Shown here: one piece after another, positions 25,587 to 36,115 of the stretch
How the letters are laid out: each line of letters begins with the position of its first letter
Numbering within the stretch: the first letter of the stretch is position 1
NCBI GenBank assembly: GCA_016839365.1
Contig: JAEOUH010000004.1
Span: forward strand, 1 to 42,908
Reading direction: 5' to 3'
DNA length: 42,908 nucleotides
Source of the DNA: Candidatus Hermodarchaeota archaeon
GTDB taxonomy: Archaea > Asgardarchaeota > Hermodarchaeia > Hermodarchaeales > Hermodarchaeaceae
The notes under the pieces: model-generated
What the model was told of the DNA's origin: nothing
The model's database searches: none
Seen by the model: the letters and a program-made list of their open reading frames with translations, nothing else
Program-made: the position numbers and the translations under genes

Positions 25587-28172
25587 CTATTCTTCTGATC
25601 GGGCTTGGTTGAGGATGGGATAGATCTGTTCTGCGTTGATTATCGCTTCTCCATCGACTTCATAGTCGGTGGGATGGACAAAGATGGCATGGGTTTGGTT
25701 GCCTCCGACGCCACCATGGTTGCCGATTAATTCTTCATAAGCGGCAACGGAACCGTCAGGATAAACTGGGCTTATAAGTGTGAGATCACCAGCACTTGGG
25801 AACTCGGCCAGTCGCAAGAGTTGTTTGATGCGGATTTCAGGTCGCTCATAAGGAATCAGAGGGTTTATTCCATCTATATTACCGGTTCGTAGTTCAACAG
25901 CCCCTTTTTCTGATAAGAGGATTGGACCACGATTTTGATCCAAGACAATAAGGAAGCCAACTCCTTCATGGGCGACGAGTTTCGAAATAAAGCCAGGAAA
26001 TTGTTTTTCAAAGTCTTGTAAGGTTAGGCGTTCTTTTTGTGTATTGAAATAGACTTGTGCCAGATTACCTGATGCACATACTATGACATCATTTTCACTG
26101 ACCTCTTCACGCATATCAACTCGTTCTTTCTCAGCTTTTTGTCGATAGAAATGGCGTAGTGCAGTTTCGCCCTTCTTACCCTCCACTTCCGCTTTTCCAG
26201 CGTTTAGGTCATCGACGAGTCCACCGACATATCCGACGTGGGCATCTAAGGCTTCAATTTCTCCAACAGATAATTGACCTTCTAGCAAATTTTCAATGAA
26301 GTCTTTAATGGAGATGTTATATCGTTGTTTAAAGGTCCACCCCACAGACTGACCATGGTCTGAGAGGACAAAGAGATGATAGGGGCGAGGAGCTAGATGC
26401 TCGATAGCATGGAGCACTCGCCGAATCTGTTTATCAAGACCCCTAAGAGCCTTCAAAGCATCGCTGGTCATAGGCCCCGAATGATGAGCTATCTCATCGT
26501 ACCCAAGATAAGTAACATATACTCCGGGTACACCCCGGATGATGTCCTGTATCACCATGGAAGTCGCAATGTCACGCATGAAGATGTTCGTCGCTGCCCG
26601 AACCCCAGGATAGAATTTGTGAAACCGATTCATTCGTGGCTTCCGTCGAGTAATAGTTTGTTTGATTATCTGCCCAATTTCTACAATAAGATCCCAGATT
26701 GTATAGATAATACTCCGGTTCATCGCCCAAGGATTGAGTAAATAATAGTAGAGATCTTTACTTCGTCGTTCGCTGGCTTCCGTGTCTTTTTCTTGAAGCG
26801 TTGACATTGTGAAAAAGGAATAGGTGGCATCACCGCTTACTAGGTTACTCACACTGGACCCTCCGTTGCGGAGAATCCCCTGCCCATCGGATGCGCGTTT
26901 ATCGATGAAATGTGCATCTGTCTGTTTGTTTGAGGTCAACATGCGGTCTTCGTTTTTAATGTACCAGCGAAACGCAGGAATATCGTAGTTGTTCCCGTGG
27001 AGAATGCCAGCTTGACAGGAGGAGGTCATTGAGGGGATTCCGCAGTCCCATCCAGTGAGCTCATGGCTGCCACGGTCCAATAACTTCTGAATAGTGGGCA
27101 TATTTTCACGTTTTAGTGCCGCTTGCAGAGCGGGATAGCTTAGCCCATCGATTTCCAAGGCAACGACGCCAGGAGTTTGAGGGATATCTTCGGTTGCTAT
27201 TTCTTTCTGGATTTGTTTAGCAACGTATTGATTAAAGAAGCTACTATCATCATCGAGCCCTACAAGATTAACAATAATCGCATTGAATGCAGCAAAAATA
27301 AGCCCACCAATGAGGGCAGCCGGGATATTAACGACTACAAACCCAGGCAAAAAGACAGAGAGAAGATAAAGTATGAGTCCATTAACAAGGAACATAACCA
27401 CAAAGGAGACGGCAAATCCGATCCACCAGCGGGCAATCCATGAGGCGACTTTGGTGAAGACTGGGCGAATTAGCACGTTGACAAGAGCAATCAAGGCTAC
27501 GACAATATAGATTACCCCTAAAGCTGTGAGAATGTCACCAGAAAACACGCCAGCAACGATAATTCCATTGTACAATATCGTTGTTAAAAGCAGAGCAAGT
27601 GCATTGAGATTCCAGACCAAGATGAAGCGCCCTAGTCGGATATTACCATAGGGTTGATCTTCTAGCTGCCAGATAATAAATGCACCAACAAAGAACACGT
27701 TAATTGCCAACACAATAAAGAACACACCTAATGCCACATCAAGAAAAATAAGAGGGCCGATGACGGTCACAGGATGAAAGAGGTTGAACACATAACTGAG
27801 AACTCCACCAGTTATTGCTAGAAGAGACACAGCGATACCAAGAGGAACAGCCCATTTCTTCCGATACGCTGTCCCCAGGGCTACGATCATGCCAATAAGT
27901 GCAACAAAGGTAAGAGAAACGCCTATTGTAAGAAAAAGGCTGAGAATCAACTGAACGGTGAGACCAGCATTCGTAATTGCTGTCATAATTTGAGCATATT
28001 GGGTAGGATTAGAAACAGCAAGGAGGTTGAGATAATCTACGAAACTGGCGGGGAGTAAACTGATGATCCCACCAATTATCGTGAAAGTAAACATCAGTAC
28101 AAAGTCAATGCCAGCAATGACGCGAACTACTCGAGGGGCTAGGTGCTTTCTTACGGTCTGAGTTTCTGCCAT
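25587..28172 (-). CDS. Multi-TM protein with 4-TM 'phage holin family'-like region fused to an alkaline-phosphatase-superfamily (phosphodiesterase) domain
   Basis: LVNVLIRPV and FLVNG holin-family motifs; EIDGL, PSMTS, YDEIAHH, LSDHGQ and HGG metal ligands. Confidence 0.8.
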   Translation of the reverse strand: MAETQTVRKHLAPRVVRVIAGIDFVLMFTFTIIGGIISLLPASFVDYLNLLAVSNPTQYAQIMTAITNAGLTVQLILSLFLTIGVSLTFVALIGMIVALGTAYRKKWAVPLGIAVSLLAITGGVLSYVFNLFHPVTVIGPLIFLDVALGVFFIVLAINVFFVGAFIIWQLEDQPYGNIRLGRFILVWNLNALALLLTTILYNGIIVAGVFSGDILTALGVIYIVVALIALVNVLIRPVFTKVASWIARWWIGFAVSFVVMFLVNGLILYLLSVFLPGFVVVNIPAALIGGLIFAAFNAIIVNLVGLDDDSSFFNQYVAKQIQKEIATEDIPQTPGVVALEIDGLSYPALQAALKRENMPTIQKLLDRGSHELTGWDCGIPSMTSSCQAGILHGNNYDIPAFRWYIKNEDRMLTSNKQTDAHFIDKRASDGQGILRNGGSSVSNLVSGDATYSFFTMSTLQEKDTEASERRSKDLYYYLLNPWAMNRSIIYTIWDLIVEIGQIIKQTITRRKPRMNRFHKFYPGVRAATNIFMRDIATSMVIQDIIRGVPGVYVTYLGYDEIAHHSGPMTSDALKALRGLDKQIRRVLHAIEHLAPRPYHLFVLSDHGQSVGWTFKQRYNISIKDFIENLLEGQLSVGEIEALDAHVGYVGGLVDDLNAGKAEVEGKKGETALRHFYRQKAEKERVDMREEVSENDVIVCASGNLAQVYFNTQKERLTLQDFEKQFPGFISKLVAHEGVGFLIVLDQNRGPILLSEKGAVELRTGNIDGINPLIPYERPEIRIKQLLRLAEFPSAGDLTLISPVYPDGSVAAYEELIGNHGGVGGNQTHAIFVHPTDYEVDGEAIINAEQIYPILNQARSEE

Positions 28173-28326
28173 TAATTGTCTCCTCGGTTACTGAATTTGG
28201 CGTGCTTTGTCATTTGGTTCCTATTATCTTATTACTTTTCTCTAATATCGATGTCTGTGAAGTGCGAAAGCTATTTGTGGAGTCTTCACTGACTGAGTGT
28301 AAGATTCGGTGTTAGGTGTGTTCACC

Positions 28327-30159
28327 ATGAAAGGCTGGACTGGACAGCTATTACGCATTAATCTAACAACAAAGAACGCCACTCCGGAAGCGTATTCGAA
28401 AGATTTTGCCCTCCAATTTGTAGGAGGTCGTGGCTTCGCTGCTAAGATCCTTTGGGATGAGGTGCCACGCGGAACCGATCCCTTATCGCCTGGTAACAAG
28501 TTCATTGCCGCAGCTGGACCTCTTTCGGGACTTTCAATGCCGAATGTTGGAAAGACGGTGGTCGCCGCTAAGAGTCCCCTAACAGGTATGTATGGAGATG
28601 GTAACTTGGGAACCCACTTTGGTTCCCAACTCCGTCGGTCAGGCTTTGACTTGGTTGTCATTGAAGGGAAGGCAGAAGATCCATGCTATGTTCTCATTGA
28701 AGATTCAGATGTCAGCATCCTTGATGCTGATTACCTCTGGGGAATTGGGGCTTTTGAAGCGGAACAGAAACTTGAGGATAGGCATGGCAAAAACATCGGT
28801 ACCCTCATGATTGGTCAAGGTGGCGAAAATCTTGTGAAATACGCCGTGGTTCGGTCAATGATGGGTCGTGCTGGTGGTCGCCCAGGTATGGGTACGGTGA
28901 TGGGGTCAAAGAATTTGAAAGCCTTAGTTGCGAAAGGCAGCAGAACACCTGAAATAGCGGACGTTTCTGCGTTTCGACAACTTGGTCGTGATGGCTTCAA
29001 AGATATTCGTGAAAAACCAGGTTATGACCATTGGATGACTCAAGGGACCATGTTGATTCATGCATGGTGCCAAGAATACAGCGTCCTGCCTAGTTATAAC
29101 TTCAAGGAGGGCCAATTTGAACACGCAGATGCCCTCAACGGCGATACTATGGAGTCTATGAAAGAAAAGACCCGGGGTTGCCCATCATGTACCATGCAAT
29201 GCGGTCACTGTATCAAAGATTCTGAGGGGAAATCAGCGGAATTGGATTATGAGAATGTGGCTCTTCTTGGATCCAACATTGGGCTACGTGACTTGCGTGA
29301 AGTTGCAACATTGAATCGGTTGGCTGATGAATATGGCCTCGACACGATTTCGCTAGGTAACACTATTGGGTTTGCCATGGAGGCGTCTGAGAAAGGCATC
29401 CTCAAGGAGAAACTCGATTGGGGCGATTACCAGGCAACTAGGGATTTAATCCAAGAGATAGCTTTTCGCAAAGGCCCTTTAGGCTCGATGCTTGCAGAGG
29501 GAACACATCAGGTTGCGAAAAAACTTGGTAAGGGTACCATGGACTTCGCTATGCAAATCAAAGGACTCGAAGTGTCCGGATATGATTGCCATGCTGCTCC
29601 GGGAATGGCTCTCGCATTCGGGGTTTGCTCCATTGGAGCGCATCATAAGGAGAGCTGGATAATTACCTACGAAGTAGATGTCGGACGAGAAACTTATGAT
29701 GAAAGTAAGGTAGATAAAATCATTGAATTACAGCGGATTCGTGGCGGGATGTTTGAACAACTGGTTAGTTGTCGCTTCCCATGGATTGAAGTTGGTTTCG
29801 ACCTTGAATGGTATCCGAAGTATTTCACTGCTGCAACCGGGTTGAAATGGAAGCTTGATGATTTCTGGAGCCTTGCCGATCGAGTTTATTCGTTAGTGCG
29901 TGCTTACGCTGTGCGTGAATACAACGGTGAATGGGATCGAACGATGGATCACCCTCCAGCCAGATGGTTCGAGCACCCCCTATCGTGTGGGCCACTGACA
30001 GGTGCAACGCTTGACCAAGACGGTTATGAGAAGATGCTTTCATGGTACTATCAAAAGCGGGGTTGGGATGATCGGGGAATCCCTAAGAAGAAACGACTAG
30101 CTGAGCAAGGATTAGACTGGGTAATCCCCGAGCTTGAAAAGGTCACGACCCTAGAATAA
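28327..30159 (+). CDS. Tungsten-type aldehyde:ferredoxin oxidoreductase family protein
   Basis: GWTGQLLRINLT, KSPLTG, GRAGGRPGMGTVMGSKNLKA, CPSCTMQC, DYEN, DEYGLDTIS, YYQKRGWD. Confidence 0.95.
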   Translation: MKGWTGQLLRINLTTKNATPEAYSKDFALQFVGGRGFAAKILWDEVPRGTDPLSPGNKFIAAAGPLSGLSMPNVGKTVVAAKSPLTGMYGDGNLGTHFGSQLRRSGFDLVVIEGKAEDPCYVLIEDSDVSILDADYLWGIGAFEAEQKLEDRHGKNIGTLMIGQGGENLVKYAVVRSMMGRAGGRPGMGTVMGSKNLKALVAKGSRTPEIADVSAFRQLGRDGFKDIREKPGYDHWMTQGTMLIHAWCQEYSVLPSYNFKEGQFEHADALNGDTMESMKEKTRGCPSCTMQCGHCIKDSEGKSAELDYENVALLGSNIGLRDLREVATLNRLADEYGLDTISLGNTIGFAMEASEKGILKEKLDWGDYQATRDLIQEIAFRKGPLGSMLAEGTHQVAKKLGKGTMDFAMQIKGLEVSGYDCHAAPGMALAFGVCSIGAHHKESWIITYEVDVGRETYDESKVDKIIELQRIRGGMFEQLVSCRFPWIEVGFDLEWYPKYFTAATGLKWKLDDFWSLADRVYSLVRAYAVREYNGEWDRTMDHPPARWFEHPLSCGPLTGATLDQDGYEKMLSWYYQKRGWDDRGIPKKKRLAEQGLDWVIPELEKVTTLE

Positions 30160-30183
30160 CATCCAAGTCTGAGCGATAAAGCA

Positions 30184-30783
30184 CTAGTCTGTCTTATCTG
30201 AAAAAAGGATTCGGAAGACACATTGTGGATCACCTTGTAGGCGTCCTGCGGTTTGCGTAACTCGAGCCACATAGGGGATTTCGAGATTATCAATCCAATG
30301 TTGTAACAGTCCTTCCAGCAAACCTGAAACTAGCTCACAGTACCGTAAATCCATCTCCGCTTCGAAGGTGTCTTGTGAGCAAATGGGACACAAGTCTGTG
30401 CGAAGAAGCAGTGTTCTATCGTCTGTGAATTCTAATGAAGTGGGTGGTTTTCCGGTTGCCAGTGTCCAATTACGTTCTAGATATTCGTCGACCCGGTTTA
30501 GAAATAAATCTGGCGAATTAGGGAAGAAGTCTTCTTGTGGTTTACCATAGCGACTGACGAGCCCTAGGAGGAGTGGGGTTGTCATAGTCTTTCCAAGGGA
30601 ATGAAGGGCAGCCTCAATAGCGGTGGGATTTCCGGCATGTTCAACGGATAAGGCTTCAACTAGACGCAAATAGAAAATAGGCATTAGTGGACCGGAGAAG
30701 AGGGATGGTTTTGGTTCGGGAGTAGGTTCGTTCGGTGTCATGCTGTTTTCCTCCGGATAGTTGGATTGAGTTCCTCCGTTCAA
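30184..30783 (-). CDS. V4R / TRAPP-Bet3-like ligand-binding-fold protein
   Basis: LHSLGK helix, CPIC, YCELVSGLLEGLL, GDPQCVFRI. Confidence 0.7.
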   Translation of the reverse strand: MNGGTQSNYPEENSMTPNEPTPEPKPSLFSGPLMPIFYLRLVEALSVEHAGNPTAIEAALHSLGKTMTTPLLLGLVSRYGKPQEDFFPNSPDLFLNRVDEYLERNWTLATGKPPTSLEFTDDRTLLLRTDLCPICSQDTFEAEMDLRYCELVSGLLEGLLQHWIDNLEIPYVARVTQTAGRLQGDPQCVFRILFSDKTD

Positions 30784-32024
30784 TCGTCGTCATCAGATTC
30801 TGTTTCAGCGGATTCTGCTTTAGCTGGTTTGCCCGTAATTGCAGCCTTCACCTTCTCTCTGCGAGAAGCCTTTGCAGGAACTCGTTCACGAAGCTGCTGT
30901 TCGGCTTCGGCCAGGGGACCCATGGGAATAGTTGCAGGTAATGTGGGTGCTTGTCCGGTTAATTGAGCGATTTCAACTGATTTTTCAGCCCAGAGCACTT
31001 GCGCTGGATGAACTCCAGCTACGCGCCAATAGAAGAAACGATCCCACAACTTTTCTTCGATAGATAATACGCCAGCGGAAAGCGAAACGAGATTTAAGCC
31101 AAGCCGGTTAAATGCTTTAGCTACAATCTTGCGTACTTCGTCACGGATTTCTGCTTCATCCCGTAATGCACTCATAAAATCGTGCTCTGAGAACTTATCG
31201 CGCATCACGTTATCAATTAGCGTTTTAAGATACTCGACGAGTTCTTGTGAGTTCATTGGAATTCGTTGTTCGTGAAGCGTGGAAATCAGTTCCCGAGCAT
31301 CTTCAACATCAAAGGCGAAGAGCAACCCATAGGGTTCTTGGAGTCGGATTGACCGATTGTACACTGTCTTAGCTTCTTTCCCCTCCCCAGTTGTCACTGG
31401 AACATCAAATTCTTCACGCCGCCAAGATTTTCCAGTCCAAGTGAGTCGCGCTAAATCGGAAGTCTGAGTTACGCCAGTATTGGCATATACATGAACCCTA
31501 CCAGTGTAGATGTATACAATATTGGCTTTGAACCCTTGACCCCGCCATCCTGTCTTAATTAAGGGTGAAGGAAAGGTTTCAATGGAATAGGGAGTCTCAC
31601 TGGGTTCCCAAACTTCGTAGACTTTGAACTCTCGATTGCCATTGTGGAATTCCTCGCCATATGCACAACAAAGCCAGTCTGGAGGAACGTAGACCTTTGC
31701 GTCTTTTTCGAGGATTTCGATTTGTTCCATGTCCCGTTCCAAATCCGGTGGATGGTAGATAAACTGGGGGAGGCGTGCATCGGATTCTTGGATTTCGGTT
31801 CCTGTGGCGAGTTTTCGGACAATGGTTTTTCCTGTTGTGAACCCACCAAAGGCTGCAAGCCTGGTTAGCCGGCGTATTGCCCGGATTGCTTGGGCACCCC
31901 GATCCTTATGAGGGGCTTGGATCATTTGCGTCCAATAATTTTGACTACCTACATCTCCAATTGGGATACTGGGATGAGGACCCAGTTGTGGGTCTGGTGC
32001 CATTAAACAGATTGTTTTTGCCAC
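30780..32024 (-). CDS. SPFH/Band-7 protein of the YdjI ('virion core'-like) subfamily, no TM anchor
   Basis: FIYHPP...EILEKDAKVYV, P.I.TGW..FKANIVYI, YGLLFAFDVEDARELISTL, FNRLGLNLVSL. Confidence 0.65.
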   Translation of the reverse strand: MAKTICLMAPDPQLGPHPSIPIGDVGSQNYWTQMIQAPHKDRGAQAIRAIRRLTRLAAFGGFTTGKTIVRKLATGTEIQESDARLPQFIYHPPDLERDMEQIEILEKDAKVYVPPDWLCCAYGEEFHNGNREFKVYEVWEPSETPYSIETFPSPLIKTGWRGQGFKANIVYIYTGRVHVYANTGVTQTSDLARLTWTGKSWRREEFDVPVTTGEGKEAKTVYNRSIRLQEPYGLLFAFDVEDARELISTLHEQRIPMNSQELVEYLKTLIDNVMRDKFSEHDFMSALRDEAEIRDEVRKIVAKAFNRLGLNLVSLSAGVLSIEEKLWDRFFYWRVAGVHPAQVLWAEKSVEIAQLTGQAPTLPATIPMGPLAEAEQQLRERVPAKASRREKVKAAITGKPAKAESAETESDDDD

Positions 32025-32086
32025 GATGAAAGCCTCCGTCTCATATCTGCGAATACTTCTAGCTTCAAATAACTATTGGTGGATGG

Positions 32087-32959
32087 TTAAAACCCGGTTA
32101 TCTCATACCGGTCACCAAGTCGTTGTGCCTTTGCTTCTTCTTTGCTCCTCCATTCTTCAATGAATTGCTGCGTCTTCTGTTGGATTGCTGAATTGGCTGA
32201 TTGGGCAATCCAATCCATAGAGATATGGACATGATCCTCTCGAAGGGCGATGGTACGGGCTACAGCATCATAATAGCCTCCCTGCCCTTTCTTTCCGAGG
32301 TATGATATAAACGTGGTAAATAATTTCTGTGCCTTGTTGTTATAGCTTTGAAGCATACTTTCTGGAACAATGGGGATTTGTTTGATGATGCGTTTTCCGA
32401 TGAGATCATAGATGGCCGTTTCTGTTGTTTTTTCGTGTTTGACCCCGCTTTCAAGCAGTGTATAGAAGTCTATGGGTCCTGTGAAGCAACTCTTAAAGAA
32501 CTCATGGCTCGTGCGTTGGAAATCAAGGAGTTCGCCTGTTGCTTTGATGTAGACGACCTCTTGTACGCCATCGGAACGTTCCACCGCCAAGTTGATGTGT
32601 TTTTTCCATTTGGTGTACCCCTGGGGATTTTCCTGCAGTTCAGGAAGAAATACGAGGGGTACATTGAAGAAGACCTTGCTGTGTTTGAGGGCTTTTTCTA
32701 ACTCTCCCTTGTATGGTTCAGTGGGTGGTAGACCTTCGACTTCTGCTACAAATGCGGCGCGATAGCTTGTTAAAATGAAATGGCCGTCCTGCCCCTTCAC
32801 CATGAGGGGGTCGGTGCCAGCCCGGACGCCCTTGGCGATTTTGACTTTGGCCACCAAGAGCAAGGTTTCGTCAGCCTTGGGGAGGATGCTCTTGGCGATG
32901 GTCAGTTTTTCTGTTGGTTCGAGTTCCCAAGTCAATGCGGTTAACCTTCCTGCTTTCAA
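32087..32959 (-). CDS. Hypothetical protein with a possible PH/GRAM-like N-terminal domain
   Basis: DETLL...GHFILTSYRAAFV...FNVPL matches the G-x-L-x-L-T-x-x-R-x-x-F pattern of PH-like folds. Confidence 0.5.
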   Translation of the reverse strand: MKAGRLTALTWELEPTEKLTIAKSILPKADETLLLVAKVKIAKGVRAGTDPLMVKGQDGHFILTSYRAAFVAEVEGLPPTEPYKGELEKALKHSKVFFNVPLVFLPELQENPQGYTKWKKHINLAVERSDGVQEVVYIKATGELLDFQRTSHEFFKSCFTGPIDFYTLLESGVKHEKTTETAIYDLIGKRIIKQIPIVPESMLQSYNNKAQKLFTTFISYLGKKGQGGYYDAVARTIALREDHVHISMDWIAQSANSAIQQKTQQFIEEWRSKEEAKAQRLGDRYEITGF

Positions 32960-32985
32960 TCTATTGTAGGATTTGGATTATTTGA

Positions 32986-35136
32986 TTATTGTCCAAGAAA
33001 ACGGTTGGCGAATTCAGCAAACTGTGCCATGGTTTCCTTGGTGATGCTGGGTTTTGTAGCTGCGATGGCTTCTTTGAAGTGTGACATACTTACACTGGAC
33101 GCTTCCAGGTTCTTGCGTAGAACTGCTAGAACTGCCTTTCGACACACATTCTGGATATCTGCACCAGAATAACCTTCCGTTACTGAGGCAAGTTGATCGA
33201 GTCTTACATCATCGGCAAGAGGCATGTTGCGAGTGTGGACGGCGAAAATAGCTTGTCGAGCCATCTGATTGGGAGGAGGAGTAAAGATGAAGATGTCGAA
33301 TCGACCGGGTCGTAGCAGGGCAGTATCAATCATATCCGGACGGTTAGTGGCGGCTAACACTACCACGCTTTCAAGTTCTTCCATGCCATCCATTTCAACC
33401 AAGAGTTGGTTTACAATGCGTTCGCTAACACGGCTATCGTATCCCGATCCTCGGCGTGGAGCAATATTGTCGAGTTCATCGATAAAGAGAACCGAGGGAG
33501 CGGCTTGGCGGGCACGTCGGAAGATTTCGGCGATGATTTTTTCGGATTCACCAACCCATTTACTCATCACTTCAGCGCCACGAATACTGATGAAATTCGC
33601 CTGACTTTCCGTAGCAACAGCTTTTGCAATAAGTGTTTTCCCGGTGCCAGGGGGACCAAAGAGAAGAATCCCTTTGGGTGGTGTGATGTTGAACCGGGAA
33701 AAAATATCAGGTCGACTGATTGGTAATTCGACGGCTTCGTGAAGAGCCTGTCTAGCTTGTTCCATTCCACCGATATCATCCCAACAAACCATAGGGATTT
33801 CAACGGCAATTTCCCGTAAGGCGGATGGTTCGACCACTTGTCGGGCAGTTTTGAAATCAGTTGCATTGACCACAATTTGGTTGATCATGTCAGGGGGAAC
33901 TTGCATGTGCTGATCTTGGATTTTCGGCAACACACGGCGTAAAGCACTTAGAGCAGCCTCCTTGACCAGGAAGGCTAGGTCAGAGCCCACAAACCCATGG
34001 GTTCCCTGTGCGAGTTGGTGTAAATCAACGGAGTCATCCAAGGGAACACCCCTTGTATGGACGCGAAGAATGTCATATCGACCATTTGCGTCAGGTACGG
34101 AGATATAGATTTCACGGTCAAACCGTCCTGGGCGTCGAAGGGCGGGGTCAACGGCATCCAACCGGTTAGTTGCCGCGAGGACATAGACCTGGTCTCGGTC
34201 TTGGAGCCCGTCCATGAGGGTCAAAAGTTGGGCAACTATGCGACTTTCCATACCTCCTGATTCGCGTTTAGCAGCAATGGCATCGATTTCATCAATGAAG
34301 ATGATGGCCGGTTTGTTTTTCTCGGCTTCTTGAAAGGCATCTCGAAGGAACTTTTCTGATTCGCCATAGTATTGGCTGACAATTTCAGGACCGTTTATAG
34401 CACGGAAGAAGGCTTCGCTTTCTGTCGCAACCGTTTTTGCCAAAAGAGTTTTTCCACATCCCGGAGGTCCATGCAGAAGCACACCATGTGGTGGTTGAAT
34501 TTTAAGACGGGCAAAGAGTTCCGGATGGCGAATAGGCAGCTCGACGATTTCACGGATTCGTGCTATTACATCGTCTAACCCGCCAACATCATCATATGTA
34601 GCTGTAGCTATCGCGGGAGTTTCTTCAGGGGCAGTTTTTTGAAGTTGAATATCAGTATTGGCTTGGACTATCACGTTTCCAGCAGGAACTGTTTTCGCCA
34701 CATAGAACTTCGCTTCGCCCAGGGCAAACGCTGCACGACCCACTGCAATGATGATATCCTTCTTAATGGGTTTGTTTAACAAATTTGATCTCAGCAAAGA
34801 CGTAGCAAGTTCTTGTCGGTATTCAATTTCTTCGCCTTTGAGCGGTGTTAATACAATACTACGAGCCGGTTGCGCCTCTATGCCATGAAGTGTAACGATA
34901 TCTCCGATGCGAACACCAGCATTCAATCGAGTCAATCCGTCCATTTTAATAACGTTCTGACCATGAAGAGCAGAATCACGTACAGCTAGCGCCGAGACAC
35001 TCTTCTTCCCGACAATTTCAAGCAATGCTCCATCTGCTAGTTGCAGTTGGTCTAATACTGCTGGATCAACTCGAACTGTGAATCGTCCAACATCCACAGC
35101 ACTTGCTTCAGTCACGCGTACCGATGCTGCACTCAT
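32986..35136 (-). CDS. CDC48/VCP (VAT) family double-ring AAA+ ATPase
   Basis: N-domain ([11 protein letters not shown]), D1 [24 protein letters not shown]2 [23 protein letters not shown]. Confidence 0.95.
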   Translation of the reverse strand: MSAASVRVTEASAVDVGRFTVRVDPAVLDQLQLADGALLEIVGKKSVSALAVRDSALHGQNVIKMDGLTRLNAGVRIGDIVTLHGIEAQPARSIVLTPLKGEEIEYRQELATSLLRSNLLNKPIKKDIIIAVGRAAFALGEAKFYVAKTVPAGNVIVQANTDIQLQKTAPEETPAIATATYDDVGGLDDVIARIREIVELPIRHPELFARLKIQPPHGVLLHGPPGCGKTLLAKTVATESEAFFRAINGPEIVSQYYGESEKFLRDAFQEAEKNKPAIIFIDEIDAIAAKRESGGMESRIVAQLLTLMDGLQDRDQVYVLAATNRLDAVDPALRRPGRFDREIYISVPDANGRYDILRVHTRGVPLDDSVDLHQLAQGTHGFVGSDLAFLVKEAALSALRRVLPKIQDQHMQVPPDMINQIVVNATDFKTARQVVEPSALREIAVEIPMVCWDDIGGMEQARQALHEAVELPISRPDIFSRFNITPPKGILLFGPPGTGKTLIAKAVATESQANFISIRGAEVMSKWVGESEKIIAEIFRRARQAAPSVLFIDELDNIAPRRGSGYDSRVSERIVNQLLVEMDGMEELESVVVLAATNRPDMIDTALLRPGRFDIFIFTPPPNQMARQAIFAVHTRNMPLADDVRLDQLASVTEGYSGADIQNVCRKAVLAVLRKNLEASSVSMSHFKEAIAATKPSITKETMAQFAEFANRFLGQ

Positions 35137-35224
35137 GGCTATACACCCACTATGACTCGACAGATGAGGACTCGTTATAACCCTCGCGAGTAGGATATTT
35201 AACTCCGGCGCCTGATAGGAGAAT

Positions 35225-36115
35225 ATGGGTCGAATGACTATGACGTCCCCAAAGCCACCTACTATTCATTTTAACACGGGCCATAATGAAGAGCTTGCTA
35301 TCGATGAACCGGAATTAACCCAGTTGGTGCGTCTACTCGAATTAAATGGTATGCAACCTACAAAGTTGACTACAGCCCTAACACACGAATCCCTTGCAGA
35401 ATGTAAGGTTGTGGTGCTTGGCAATCCTAGGGATTCTCTATTTACTTCAGATGAAGTTTCGGCTCTCGTTTCCTTTGTAGAATCTGGTGGAGGGCTCCTC
35501 ATTGTAAGCGGTGCAACCATTTTTGGGAGAGGAGGGGATATGGCGCGAAAGACAAATCTCAATGAAATCGCAAAGCATTTCCAATTTGAGTTTGCAACCA
35601 AAGCCCTCGCACAGCCAGTAGATGTTTCTGATGAGGTGATTAAGGCCGTTCCCACACACGATCATCCTATACTAGTTGGCATTGGGCCGCTACTTCTGGC
35701 ATCAGGAGTCAGCCTACTGGCAGAAGATACGGAAACACATCTTTTTCGGGCTGCAAATATACCAGGTACACAAACGGTTGCCATTATCACCGAGAAGAAG
35801 GAAGGACGCATAATCGCTTTTGGTGGTGGAACCTTCTTCTTTAACGATTATATTCAGTTAAGTGATCATGAACATCTTCTTGTACAGATTTTTCGATGGC
35901 TTTCAGGTGTCCCCTTGAACCTCCCAGTCCAAAGGCTTTCACCCCAAGGACCCATCTTAGATGAAGCATCTGCTACAGAAGCAATCGCTGTCTTAAGACA
36001 GCAACTGGACAAAATAGAGACAGAACTTTCGAACCTTAAAGAGGTAATTAATACTAGCGTCAAGGAAATGGAAAAACTCGTACGTCTATGTCAAGACGAA
36101 GAAAAAGAGACCTAG
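35225..36115 (+). CDS. IFT52/GIFT-like (DUF4350/GATase-like) domain with a C-terminal coiled coil
   Basis: VVVLGNP..LFTSDEVSALVSFVESGGGLLI, NLNEIA, GRIIAFG..FFFNDY, IFRWL; heptad LRQQLDKIETELSNLKEVI. Confidence 0.65.
   Translation: MGRMTMTSPKPPTIHFNTGHNEELAIDEPELTQLVRLLELNGMQPTKLTTALTHESLAECKVVVLGNPRDSLFTSDEVSALVSFVESGGGLLIVSGATIFGRGGDMARKTNLNEIAKHFQFEFATKALAQPVDVSDEVIKAVPTHDHPILVGIGPLLLASGVSLLAEDTETHLFRAANIPGTQTVAIITEKKEGRIIAFGGGTFFFNDYIQLSDHEHLLVQIFRWLSGVPLNLPVQRLSPQGPILDEASATEAIAVLRQQLDKIETELSNLKEVINTSVKEMEKLVRLCQDEEKET

Noticed and set aside
25587-32024. Prophage suggested by 'holin' and 'virion core' family names
   Set aside because: These family labels also cover cellular proteins; no capsid, terminase or integrase was seen.
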